A DNA stretch of 63,481 bases, the filler included, from Blastocystis sp. subtype 4 (taxonomy: Eukaryota), in the NCBI RefSeq assembly GCF_000743755.1. It is 3 parts of 3 records of this genome, joined end to end, with 100 filler letters (N's around TTAATTAATTAA, not from the genome) between each part and the next. Parts side by side here need not be neighbours in the genome. Positions count along the whole stretch, not along the records: positions 1 to 21,021 come from NW_014569356.1; positions 21,122 to 42,001 come from NW_014569355.1; 1 more part is not named here. The stretch is one strand, 5' to 3'. Positions 12,312 to 24,400 of the stretch are shown piece by piece (the first letter of the stretch is position 1; each line of letters begins with the position of its first letter). Below the pieces are notes generated by a model that was not told the origin of the DNA, made no database searches, and worked only from the letters and a program-made list of their open reading frames with translations. Both the position numbers and the translations under genes were made by a program.

Positions 12312-13932
12312 ATGTTTGGCAACAAGAAGGATTATGGGCAAGTTGGAGATGAATCAGAGAAGGGACGTGACCATGGAAAACTTTCATTTAAGGAGATGAT
12401 GTCGAAAGCCTCTGAGTATGTGTATGTCCTTGTCGTTAGTTATAGATTAACCAAAAAGGTAGGAGAAGGTGCATCAAGTATGGGAAAGGGAATGATGTCT
12501 AAACTGAGTGTGGGAATGTTCTGTTCCATTATGAGTTTAGGAAACGGGAGAGAAGATAAAGGATTCCAAGATGATGAGTATGTTTAAGAAGGAAGATGGT
12601 GGATATTCGAATGGTTTTGAGGAGGAGGAAGAGTCACCTAAGCCAGTAAAGAAGGTTGTTAAGAAGACAGTGACTCGCAAGGTTGTCAAGAAGGTCGTTA
12701 AGAAGCCTGTGAAGGAACCTGAGGATGAGCTGTTTGATGATGTTGCTGAGGAGCCTGCTGAGATTACTGATGAGCCAATGGAAGAACCTGCTCCAGTAGC
12801 TAAGAAACCTGTTAAGAAGGTGGTTAAGAAGGTGGTCAAGAAGCCTGTTAAGGAACCTGAAGATGAGTTGTTTGATGACATTGCTGAGGAGCCTACTGAG
12901 GAGCCAGTGGAAGAAGAACCTGCTCCAGTAACTAAGAAGCCTGTTAAGAAGGTCGTGAAGAAGGTCGTGAAGAAGCCTGTTAAAAAGGTGGAAGAAGAGG
13001 AGATGGATTTGGATGACTTCTTGGGAATGAATGATGCTCCTGCCGAACCCGTACAACAGAATGATATGGACTTCTTGAACGATCTAGTGATGCCTACAGA
13101 GAAGGAAGAGGAAGAACCTGAGGAAGAGGAAGAGTTTGATTTTGGACTGGAAGAATCAAAGCCCAAACCCAAGAAGGTTACGAATAAGGTTGCTCCTAAG
13201 CCTACTGAGGACGAATTCGATTTTGATGCTGAACCTGTTCCTGAACCTGCTGCTAAGGAGAAACCTGCTACGAAGAAGCCTGTTAAGAAGGTTGTGAAGA
13301 AGGTTATTCCTAAACCTGTTGAGGACGAATTTGACTTTGCTGAGCCTGCTCCTGAACCACAACCAGCTCCTGAGCCTGTTGCTGAGGAGAAACCAGTAGC
13401 TAAGAAGCCTGTTAAGAAGGTTGTCAAAAAGGTTGTGAAGAAGGCTGCTCCCAAACCTGTGGAAGATGAGTTCGATTTTGATGCTGAACCTGTTCCCGAA
13501 CCTGAGCCTGTTGTGGAGTCCCAACCTGAACCCGTCGCTGAAGAGAAGCCTGCCGTGAAGAAACCTGTCAAGAAAGTAGTGAAGAAGGTTGTAAAGAAGG
13601 TTGTGAAGAAGGCTCCCCAACCAGATGAAGATGAGTTCAATTTTGATGCTGAACCTGTTCCTGCTCCTACAGAGGAATCCAAGCCGGCTGCTAAGAAACC
13701 TGTTAAGAAAGTGATGAAGAAGGAAGAGGCACCAAAGGAAGCCGACATGTTCGATGATTTCCTGGGAATGAATGAAGAACCAACACAGACAGCCGAGACC
13801 ACGGAATCATTGGATTTCCTCAACGATATTACTATGCCTGCTGTAGAGAAGCAACCTTCGGAGGAAGAAGAGGAAGAAGAACATGAACCTGTCCAGCCTG
13901 CTGCTGATCCATTTGATTTCCTCAACTTCTAA
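12312..13932 (+). CDS. Low-complexity protein with alternating KKPVKKVVKKVVKK and acidic (E)DEFDFD repeats
   Basis: Long ORF 12571-13932 plus short 5' exons; about 8-9 basic blocks alternate with acidic-Phe blocks; ends DPFDFLNF. Confidence 0.8.
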
Positions 13933-13978
13933 ATTATTGGATAATTGCGTTCTGTATTGCGGTTGTGTTTCTTTTATC

Positions 13979-14635
13979 ATGATTTCATCAGAACAAGAAG
14001 AAGAGTTAGAGTCGTTAGGATATCTCTACACCGAAGAAGAACTAATAATTCAAAGTATGGTACTCATAGGTTCTCTCAAATTCAAGATCGCGATCCAGTT
14101 CACATTCAGGTACGTGTATCTTCTGAAATAGAAAATGGCGGTTCTCCAATCAAAGCACTACTCGATCTAAGCTGGGGAAACAGTCCGTTTTCATTAGTTC
14201 GATGAATCCTAGATTATCCCCACGAAAAACCAGCAATACAAATCGTTTCGATGGATATCAAACAAGAAGAACGTGATGCGATGGTAGAGAGTCTTCTACA
14301 AGAATGTGATAATTGTATGGATATGGCAATGACATATGTGCTCTCAACTGCACTAACAGGGTTGCTCAGTGATGTACATGAAGACAAGTTATCGAAGATT
14401 CATATTCCGACAATTGTACCTATTCGATTTTATAAATAAAAAATAGGAAGGTTCCAATGAAATACAGGACGAACCACAACTCTCCACCTCGCAAACAACA
14501 ATTCGTGGTCAGGAACAGAAAACAAAAGCTCAAAAGAGGAGGGAGCAGAATTCGTGGCAGAAACCAGGTGAATTACCTCGAGGTTATAATTGGGTGGACG
14601 TAATGAGTCATCTTCGAAAGACTGCAAATAGTTGA
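13979..14635 (+). CDS. RWDD4: RWD domain protein, RWDD4-like
   Basis: N-terminal EQEEELESLGYLY and YPHEKP; C-terminal TKAQKRR...GELPRGYNWVDVMSHLRKT matches the RWDD4 tail. Confidence 0.8.
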
Positions 14636-14944
14636 TTCCTTTAGCTGTGTATCGAACGCATCTGTATTTCTACCTTTTTTTCTCTCTCCATGATACGAAA
14701 CAAATGGTTTATAAATGAATTACCATTCATTATCCTTCTTTGTTGATCATACATCTTTATCTAATCAAGAATGCACGTATAGTAGATATGAATATCATGA
14801 TTCTTATATGATACAGAAATAGAGACTTATTAGGGTATTCCATAGGAGTGATCAGAAATTTCGAGGAATCTTCTCATGTGAGAATGATAGACGGTTTTAA
14901 TTCTTCTCTACATGATTGGATATGAAATCATTATTTTATTTCTC

Positions 14945-16549
14945 ATGGAAGACAAATTTGTGCTCGAAGAAACTTTGATTGGTGATAAAGAATACGATGC
15001 TCAAGAACAGAGTACGCGAACAGCATCTGTTTCGAGTTCAGTATATAATCTCATAAATGGTATTCTAGGTTGGTCATTTACTGGTAACTCACTTCAAGGA
15101 TCAGGCATTCTTGTCTTACCGATGTCAATATCAAAATTCGGCTACGTTGCTGGTTGTATGTTTTTACTTCTATTTGCTAGTAGTATTTTTTCTCCTCCAT
15201 AAGCATCTAGTCCTCTCAGCAGTGACATGTTACTTGTTGTCACAAATCTATTACTACACAGGTAGTACAACATATGCCGGGATGGGAAAAGAACTATTTG
15301 GGAAGTCCGCTGAGTCCATCATCAACTTCATTCAAGTTCTTTATGGTCTTGGAGCTCTATTTAGCTATACAATTGTTGCAGCTGACGAGTCACATTATGT
15401 GATGGAGCACTTTATTCGTCATGATCCATCTTCGTGGATCCGAACATTCATGTTGGATCGCTCAAGTCTTCTCATCGTCATTTCCATCATCTTCATTCTA
15501 CCTCCAGCTCTCCTTCCTAGAATGGACCATCTGAGATTCACAAGTTTCGTGTCGATCGGTGCAATTACCTATTTGATTATGGCTGTAGTGATTGTCCTTG
15601 CCGCAACATGTAGTTGTTTTTTCACGTCCCAACAGATGGTGCTTGTAGCCTTGCAGATACTGCAACATACATATGTTCATCTATCCACCAGTGTGTAATT
15701 GAACAAGATCCCATGAAGTTTGTTTATGACAATCTCACCACCTGTATGGAGATGTGTGAACACTGTCCAGTGGTGGAATCATCTCATCATGTAACTTTAT
15801 GTCTCTATCGTAAATCATAGTTTAAAGCATTTACGTTCACTGCTGGAGCCTTTTTCTCTCTTCCTTTCTTCTGTTTTTCATCAACCTGTCAGGTTCAATT
15901 CGTTCCAATTCTGGCAGAGATGAAAGAGCCGACAAAGAAGAATGTGATTACAGTGCTTAACTGGTCTTTTATTACGATTGCTATTATCTATGTGTTAGCT
16001 GGAACAACTGGGTATTATTCATTCTGTGGATACATTGTATGAATTCAAGAATCCAATAATACATAGACCAATAATGTGTTGGATTCATTCCCGGTTGAAG
16101 ACATCTCTATCATGATCTGCCGTGTTGCTATCGTAATCAGCATGTGTTTCAGCATTCCCCTATTTGTACTAACATCCATAATGAATAACCAATAGTCTCA
16201 TCCTCTTCGATTTATGATTCTTGATCTAATTGGTGTCAAAGAGAAGAGTATCCCTGTGGAAATGATTTGAGTTCTAGAGTATTGGATGATTGCGCTCATT
16301 ACCATCATGATTGTTGTGGTTGACACAATTGTCGCCATCATTGCAAAGAACCTTGGAACCGTTTTAGGAATTACAGGTGCCATAGGCTCTTCCACGATCA
16401 TGATGATTCTTCCATCAATTATGTTTTTCCAGTACTTGAGAAAGACACAAAGCAAACGAATCACTCTCGACATTCTTAGTATCCTTATTTTCATAATGGG
16501 TTTGACTTTTGGGACACTTGGAACTATTGCAACAATTCAACAAAGCTAA
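14945..16549 (+). CDS. Amino-acid transporter (Aa_trans/SLC38-like)
   Basis: SVYNLINGILGSGILVLP, about 11 hydrophobic segments, LGITGAIGS. Confidence 0.87.
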
Positions 16550-16628
16550 ATAAGCAGATTGTTTGTTCCATCAATATCCCCCATCCTAGGATATAGCTTC
16601 AATTCATGTAATTTCTTTTCTTCTACAC

Positions 16629-17073
16629 ATGTCAACAGAGCAGACAACCGAACCTCACCGAAATGGAGATTTTTTGAGAATCCCCCAAGTAAGACCCTCA
16701 TCATCACTAGCATATCTCATCGTGAACTGTGTCATTCCAGGTATCTTCTCTTCTTTCGGTTTCATCTAGGTCTGGGAACAGTGATTGCTTCGTGGACAGA
16801 TGTCGAGTATGAGGGGTGGGACTGGGCAGTTTTCATCACTGGAATTATTCAGTTTGGACTTGCTTGGATCATCATTGGTTGGGCGTGGAGTATTTGGTGG
16901 GGCGTACGAATGTTCCAGGATGCCCAAGAGAGAAAGAAACGAGAAGAAGAGGCAGCAGAGACGAGGACAGAAGAACACACATCCTTGACCCAGGACCCTC
17001 CAGCTGAGGAACAGCCTCTTTCAGTCCATGTTTCCACCGATAATCCAGAGAACACGATATATCAAACAATGTA
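16629..17073 (+). CDS. SPEC3/Stum-family small membrane protein; stop probably completed by poly(A)
   Basis: LIVNCVIPGLGTVIA...GIIQ...IIIGWAWSIWWG after removing the intron at 16741-16769. Confidence 0.8.
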
Positions 17074-17208
17074 CTTGAGTTTGTTTGAGACACACAAATC
17101 AAGGTATTTCATCTCTATTGCCAACAGAGAAAATCAGTCACAGATATATTCTTCACATTCTACTGAACAAAAGAACTCGTGCGCACCATTTTTCAAAGCA
17201 ATAACATA

Positions 17209-18100
17209 ATGTCTGTTAAAGGAAGAATCGCAAATTTCTATCATTCAAAGGGTAAGGTTGCGAATGCACTTTGGATTCTTGCCCAAGTAGCCTGTTTTCT
17301 CAAATGTGTCATTCTAGATTGTATCTGCTATTCTAGTAGTTATTCTTGTTATATCTTTGATTGTATCTCCATCTACTACTTCCATGGGTGTGGTTATGAA
17401 GATTTACAGTGTTTTTGTTGTGGCACTCTCTTTGTACATGTTCCTCTACAAATTGATGAAAGAGAAGATGGTAAGTTATATACACATGATTAAAGATAGA
17501 TCCGTTCTAATGAGTTGTACATTGGGTATTATATTGGATTGTGTGTCATGATTTGTTTGAATCTGGTTATTATATCTGCACTCTATGGTTCACAATCTAA
17601 TCTGATTGAGATTGCTGCAGGCAAAAGAGTAGCGATAACATTATTCCGTTGTGTTGCAGCATGCTCAATCTTTATCATTTTCTTCTATGTAGTCATTTAA
17701 GTGGAGTGTTAGTTAGGTTTTATATGTGATCTACTTCATTCGCCATTACAGTGATATTCTTCAAGAAAACAGTTGATATGATTGTTGTGTGTTAGTAATA
17801 GGTGGTCATAAGGTTGAATTGAAGGTAACAGCTTCTCCAGCACCTGATGTTGCCAAGAGTTCGCAAGAGATGGTTCTGTTTAAGAAGCCTAGTCAAGCAG
17901 TTGTCCCACAAGCGAAACCAGAACCACAAGTAACATTGAATACAGGAGGAATGAGTCTCGTGTTAAGTAAGCCTACATCTGGTGCTTTAGCTGGTACTGT
18001 GACTCTTCCTCCATCTGCTTCTGCTCCAAGTGTAACTCCGCCTGAGTCTACAAGTGGAGCTAAACCTTCAGGAATGATGGCTCCTCCTAGTTTGTTGTAA
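17209..18100 (+). CDS. Hypothetical membrane protein with a Pro/Ser-rich tail
   Basis: Several hydrophobic exons joined by about 30-nt introns, then ORF 17789-18100. Confidence 0.6.
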
Positions 18101-18172
18101 TGTCTTTCACTCATGTTGTTCTCGATTCGAGTTTTCCGACATGTTTTCGGAGTGTTTCTTAACAAACAGGCA

Positions 18173-20909
18173 TTATACCATCTCTAACTCAACAGTTAGA
18201 GATGGAAATAGCTCATTAAAATCAACAATCATATTGTCAAAAGCAATACTCACATCACTTAGGAGATCTGGATATTCTTGTAACAATCGAGTTGCGACAC
18301 ATTCATCAGTTTCTATTGTTCTTTCGTTGGTTGCCGGATTGATCCTCCTTCGTCCCGAGAAGTGTGTTAAGAAAGAAAAGAGTGGCTTCTGTTTGCATCG
18401 CCTCCAGTTCTCCGCAAATGCCTTCAATGTTGTGTGCTTCTTTGTCTCGATATTCCGATCATCATGATCGAAGGTACACTAATCTTTATATACTCGAATA
18501 ACCAGCACCTCATGAATAAGAATCGAAGTACCTTCCATAATTCGAGTGAATGGCAATGTATCTCCACTGAACATGAGAATGTTCCTCTCTGTCGACAGTA
18601 CATAAAAACCCTATTCCTCACTCATATAACCAGGAATCACGATTGCATAACTATGCTGACAATGATGGGTTCGAAATAATCGAATCCCAATTCCATTCTT
18701 CAATCTCTCACTTATTTGTTCCTCTTCACAATGCTGAGCTGATATCACATCAAAAGAACGAAGAGGAAGAATCGAATTGAGTAAACCCTCCTGAATGGGG
18801 ACCAATCGAATTCCCCAAGAAAGAAGATCATTTCCTAAGACATGCATAGTATATTGAACCAAAGGGATGGGAAGGAGAACAGGGAGAAGAAAGCTTCGGC
18901 GATGTGTTTTGAAAAAGCACAGAACGTCAAGCAAGTATGAATAATGATCGAAGTGAGGATGAGAGATCACAATCAACAGCAATCGACGTAGGATTGTATC
19001 GCGCTGTTCTGTTCCTACGAGTTGCGAAAGTCGACGAAGTACATTACATCCACAATCCAACAAGATTCCACTTGAGATCAGACAACAAGAATACTCTTAC
19101 TAATTATCGGTAAGTCTCCACAGAATGGATGTGTTTTGTCTAGCAAAGGTTCCTACTCCTCCTCCAGTACCTAGAAACAACAAGGATTCTACAGTGAATA
19201 AAAGACAACTAACCAACGTTGTGGATGGATCTCTTGTCGGAGTGACTGTAAAATGGAATGATACAAAAGACGGTTTTGTAGGTTTTCCACTGAAAGAGAA
19301 TGCTTGTATGCTAATGCAGCTGCAAAGTTCGCTTGATCCGACATTGAGTCAAGTGAAGCCAATGCGATGGACTGTTTACGGTTGATTCGGAATAAAGGAG
19401 TATGTATTAAAGGACAATCCGTAAAGAGAGATGGAGAGAGAGAGAGAATCGAAACAGCACGGTACTTTCGATAAGTGGACAGAGATTCATCGGAATACTC
19501 GTGAGGACAATAATGAGGGCAGATATAATAGATTGATAGATTCGTTGATGTGAAATGGAGAAGTACACCCGTATCTCCAGGGAGTGTATTGAGATCCATG
19601 ATGGCCTGCATGAGATATGGTTTCTTGAATTCATTCCTTACTACCTCTATCGGAGTAAGAGTACTGGGAAGTAGAGGAGTTGAGCCAAGATTAACACATG
19701 GAATCGGGTCTGTGAGTGGAAAGAGAGGTGTAAATAAATGGTTAGGAAGATCGATCGAATAGGGAAGAGTTTCCTTCATCTTGAGGAGATGATCCATCTC
19801 ATATCTACATTTCATTCCACTTTGATAACGAACTTCAACAATGGAGTTGTTTTGTGATGGGTCTGAATCACTACTATACGAGTAGCAGGAAGACAGCGTC
19901 GCAGTTCCTGAAATGCTTCGGACTGCATCAGTGTCTCTTCAACATAGATGAAGAACGTGATATTCAAATTCTTTCTGCATTGTGGACAATATCGAGTTGC
20001 TAACAGAGACTGAAGAAGAGGAGATGAATTCAGTGGCTTGTTAGTGTCGTCAAAACTCAAAATACAAAAGGACTCATGAGCCCAACATGCTGGATGGAAC
20101 CAATAAAGGTGGAAATTGGGGAGAAGAGAAAGAATAGCAGGAAATGGAGTTGTGATGGAAGCTACAGTACTACAGCAGTTATTGCATTCGAATAGTTGAC
20201 AATGAAGACAACTCGATTCATTGAGAACAAGATCAGGAGAAGAGACCCATTGACAAGAATCAGCATGACAACAGCAACAAATGTGATGACAAGAAGGAAT
20301 AGAACATTTGACTATTGCTGATTCGGATGAGTACACATCCACAACAACAAAGTCATAGAGTTGATAGATGCAACCACAACATTTCTGGATATTATCATTT
20401 GATGACATAAAAACAATATTCGGATACTAAGAATTATTCCAACAAGACAGTGTAACTTGCCGGTGAATCATTGACCTTGTTTCCTCAAAAGCACCTTTCA
20501 ACTCCTTTGGAAGCGATACCCATAGTGATTCTTTACCCTGTTCCGAAAGATTATAGACGGTTTCTACACATCGGTTCCAACATCTTTCCAAACCAGCAAA
20601 AGGAGAACAATAGCTGATACTACTTGATGTATAAAATAGGGATGTCACTTTTGAGACCTTTTGGTTCATCTGCCTACATGTATGAATTGTTGATGAATTC
20701 AGATTAACAATGTATCTGCAAATCAAATGTACTACAAACACGAACGATCGAATGGGTTCCTCGCTTGCGATAACGATAACAATCGATTGGGGAACAGTTT
20801 CTTCTTCATCGGTAATGATCCATTTGATTGACGCATTTTTAGGAAGAGAGAACAATCGTGATGCTTGGTAACCACCATTCTGTTGTATTTGTTGCATAGC
20901 AGATTCCAT
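18173..20909 (-). CDS. Ribonuclease Z (ELAC2/tRNase Z long form, metallo-beta-lactamase fold)
   Basis: FLGTGGG, LLDCG, ISHPHFDH (HxHxDH), FSGDT, LIHE, LTHFS motifs in the expected order. Confidence 0.8.
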
Positions 20910-21021
20910 ATTTTTCTATCTGTTCTTCAGAACACGATAGTAGAATGAATTGAAAGAAGAGTGATTGGTGAGTCAAAAGAAACAGAACTCAGAGATTAGA
21001 AAAGGATAAAAGATGTCGAAG

Positions 21022-21121
21022 NNNNNNNNNNNNNNNNNNNNNNNNNNNNNNNNNNNNNNNNNNNNTTAATTAATTAANNNNNNNNNNNNNNNNNNNNNNN
21101 NNNNNNNNNNNNNNNNNNNNN
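21022..21121. other. Assembly gap with artificial six-frame stop linker TTAATTAATTAA
   Basis: N run with ttaattaattaa at 21066-21077. Confidence 0.97.
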
Positions 21122-21416
21122 TCCTCCTGATTGGTTGTGTGCAAACCGACAAAGCACTATTGACATCAAATCATGATCGAACTCCTCACCTTGCGGCATA
21201 ATTGCATTTGCTGCAGAAATACACCGTCCAACTCGAACAAGAAGAGACATTTAGTTCAGTTATCCAATCACAATGTCTAATATTGGGGATCCCCATTCAT
21301 GTCATTTCGTTCGAAAATATGTTCTACAGTCAGCAATCACTTTATGCAACACCCACAGAAGAAATAGAAAAGAAATCATCTCGAACTATAATTGGGCCAA
21401 TAATAGAATTGGGAAT

Positions 21417-24400
21417 ATGGGACCGATACGCAGTTTTGATCTAGCAATCTTGGGAAACACAGTCTTTAAAAATCAATGGGAAACTCACAGGGGAAGGAGA
21501 TTCGAACTAATCGATTGACTGTGAGAGTGAAGGATCTCCTATACGAAGGTATTCACTCTACATGAATCGTAATGCACAGATGACTACTGGAAAATTTACA
21601 TCGCCCAGGATGTAGAAACAGCCCAAGAGTATGATGTCCGTGTAGCAACTTTTGATGAAGGGGATATGCTGAGCATGAATCGTCTGAAGCAGGAAATCTC
21701 TCTATGGGTAAGGAATTGTGTTTTGGATCTATTCTCCTAGAAGCTAATTCCTGAACACCGGAATCTGATTCAGTACTATGATTCGACAATCCTCTTCGAA
21801 AATGATAAGGTTCGGGGAGTGATAATTACGGAACACTGTGATGGTGGATTATTAAGTGATGTAGTGACTCAAAACTATCCACAAACGTTTTCTGAGAAGC
21901 TGATCCTTGCAATTCTCCGAGATTTGTGTTGTGCGTTGTATACTCTTCATACCGAAGATCCTCCTATCAGTCATCGAAATGTGAATGTATTCTTTTGCAG
22001 AGTATCTGAGTAGTAGCCGAATTACATTTATGTTGATTCAAGTGGTCGATGTAAATTGGAGGCGGCTCGCTCAATGACATCCAATATGATTGTTTGTGCT
22101 GCTTATCTGTTGATAACATAGACTCCAAAGAGTTTGGAAGAAGCACAGGTGGTTCAACAACAGCTGGAGTTGGTATCGGATCCTGCTTATTTTCCTCCCG
22201 AATTTTGCGATTTGTAGGTAAACATTTTGTACATGAGGATCAGATCAAATCCCTCCAAGCAACGAAAGATCACAGAGAAGGTGGATGTATGGGAATTAGG
22301 AATTCTGATGTACTATTTGGCCTTCTATTCCACTCCTTTTGAATCTGTCGATGGTAAAACGGATACCAAGTCTCTTCTGTTGGGCCGTTTTACTTACCCT
22401 GCCAACGATGCTCGAAACTTCAGCAGAGAGTTCCTAGATCTTGTCAAGAGCATGCTAACAGCTGATGTAACAAAGTATATGATCCCCGTAGGTATAATAT
22501 TACAGACGACCTTCTATAATTGATGTGATTCAGCGAGGTTGTACGATGACTCGTTGGCGTATGACAGAGGAAGTGAAGGAGGTACTGGAGTATAGCAAGG
22601 AGACGTCACGTCGTCATCGATCAGTCAAGCCAAAGGTAGGTAAGTATCGTGAGTCTTATCTTCAGACAAGCAAAGAGAAGGAGAAAACGAAGGAAAAGGA
22701 GAAAGTCAAAGAGAAGAAGTCTCCTACACACCAACGAGCTCCAACACCTTCTCCATCAGTTCAACACACTGGTTCGTCAAAGCATTCAGGAAATCGTCAA
22801 CCAGGTCCTCCTGCTTTGAGTGATAGTGATGTGTCATCAAGTAGCGATGCTGAGGAGATCGTTCAACAGAAACGAGAAGGAGGAGAGATGACAGATCGGA
22901 TTCGGACTGCAATGTTACAGTATTTTGGAGGAAGGAAGAATCACACACGATGGGTACTAAAGTGTACTTCAAAAGTGCCCGAACCTCCACCTCATCGGAC
23001 TATTAAGAAGATTGCTATTGCTGCTTATGAGAATCGTTCTATAGATTTCTACTTTGTTCTTGTTGCCAAGTGGGGTTGTATTGACTGAAGATGACTTGTA
23101 GACGACCACTGTTTCAGAGTGAGATTGTGGCCGTCAAGATGCTGACAACTACATTGTGTGTATTTCAATTGAGTACGCAAGATGTGGTCTTTCAATCATT
23201 CAAACATGTTGCTCTTCTTAAGGAAATGTCAACGAAATGGAAAATCGTTGAAGTGAACTCATATGAATTGTCTGATAGGTAGGAGAGTGAAGAGAAAGGG
23301 AAGGATATGAACTGGGCTCCTTTTATCTCACGTTTTGCAAATATTCTAACAAATAAGGTTTACTTTCTAAACAAATATTCAGAGTTTTCAATGAATTACG
23401 CTTTACTTGATGGAGCTGAATTAGATGTTGAAGATCAAGTGAATGTTCCAGCTCGTTTATCTACTCTTCTTGCCAATCTCAATATGGCATTACGTTGGGC
23501 TTTATCAAATATGGATCCTGTTATCAATGGAGCCATTCGACCAATGATTGAGGAGGCTCATTCTCTATATCTCTCTCTAACAGTAGTAATGGCTGATCTC
23601 CTTGGAAAGAATGATGAACCCGATATCGTTCAAAGCACTCTTTCTCGCTATGAAGAAGAGCGTTTGGCACTACGTGAAATAATTCTTCGAGCGAAATCCA
23701 AACAGGATCTGAATTTGTTTGATGATGTGCGAATGAAATGAAGTAATGAGGAATAGATTCCTGAAATCCCAGCACGTTCTCCATTAGAAGTACAACCTCG
23801 AGAAGCTCGTGCAGATGCACGGAAGAAGCTTGAAAGCTTTATGTCAGTTGGCGATAGTGATTTGCTAGCAGAAGCAGATATGGACGATGAAGATAGTGAA
23901 GAATCAGATGCAGAGGAGAATGTTCATTTACTTGGATCCTTGTATAAGGTAACGAATCGAGGGGTGATCGTCCCCTTAATTGGAAATCCTACAAATACTC
24001 AATCAGAAGAGAATCTTCATGTTGCCTTGAAGAAAGTGATGAACCGAAAGGAGAATAAGACGTGTGTGGAATGTGGTCGTAGTCCTGTCAAGTACTTCAG
24101 TGTGAATTTGGGTGTATTCTTGTGTGCAACATGTCAGAAGTCTCATCAACAGTTAGGTGTAGGTATCCGAGGATGTATCAAATGTAGACCAATATTAGTG
24201 AAGTTCATAGTGTTTATGTCAAGGTTTTGAAGCCAGAGTGGGTGGTTGCTGTTGCTGAGATTGGAAATGTACGAGCTCGTCATTTTTGGGAGAATCGTCT
24301 TTCAGAGAGTCAACGGCCTGCGGTGGATGCTACTCCAAGTGTTTGGGTAGCATTCTTAAAACAGAAATACATTCAGCACTTATGGATTCCTTCTCGTTCA

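Noticed and set aside
12537..13925. 462-aa antisense ORF
   Set aside because: Shadow of the low-complexity K/E/P/V repeat on the + strand, whose codons rarely create stops on the opposite strand.
21066..21077. TTAATTAATTAA palindrome inside N runs (also 42046-42057)
   Set aside because: Artificial scaffolding linker with stops in all six frames; not a TTAA transposon target site.
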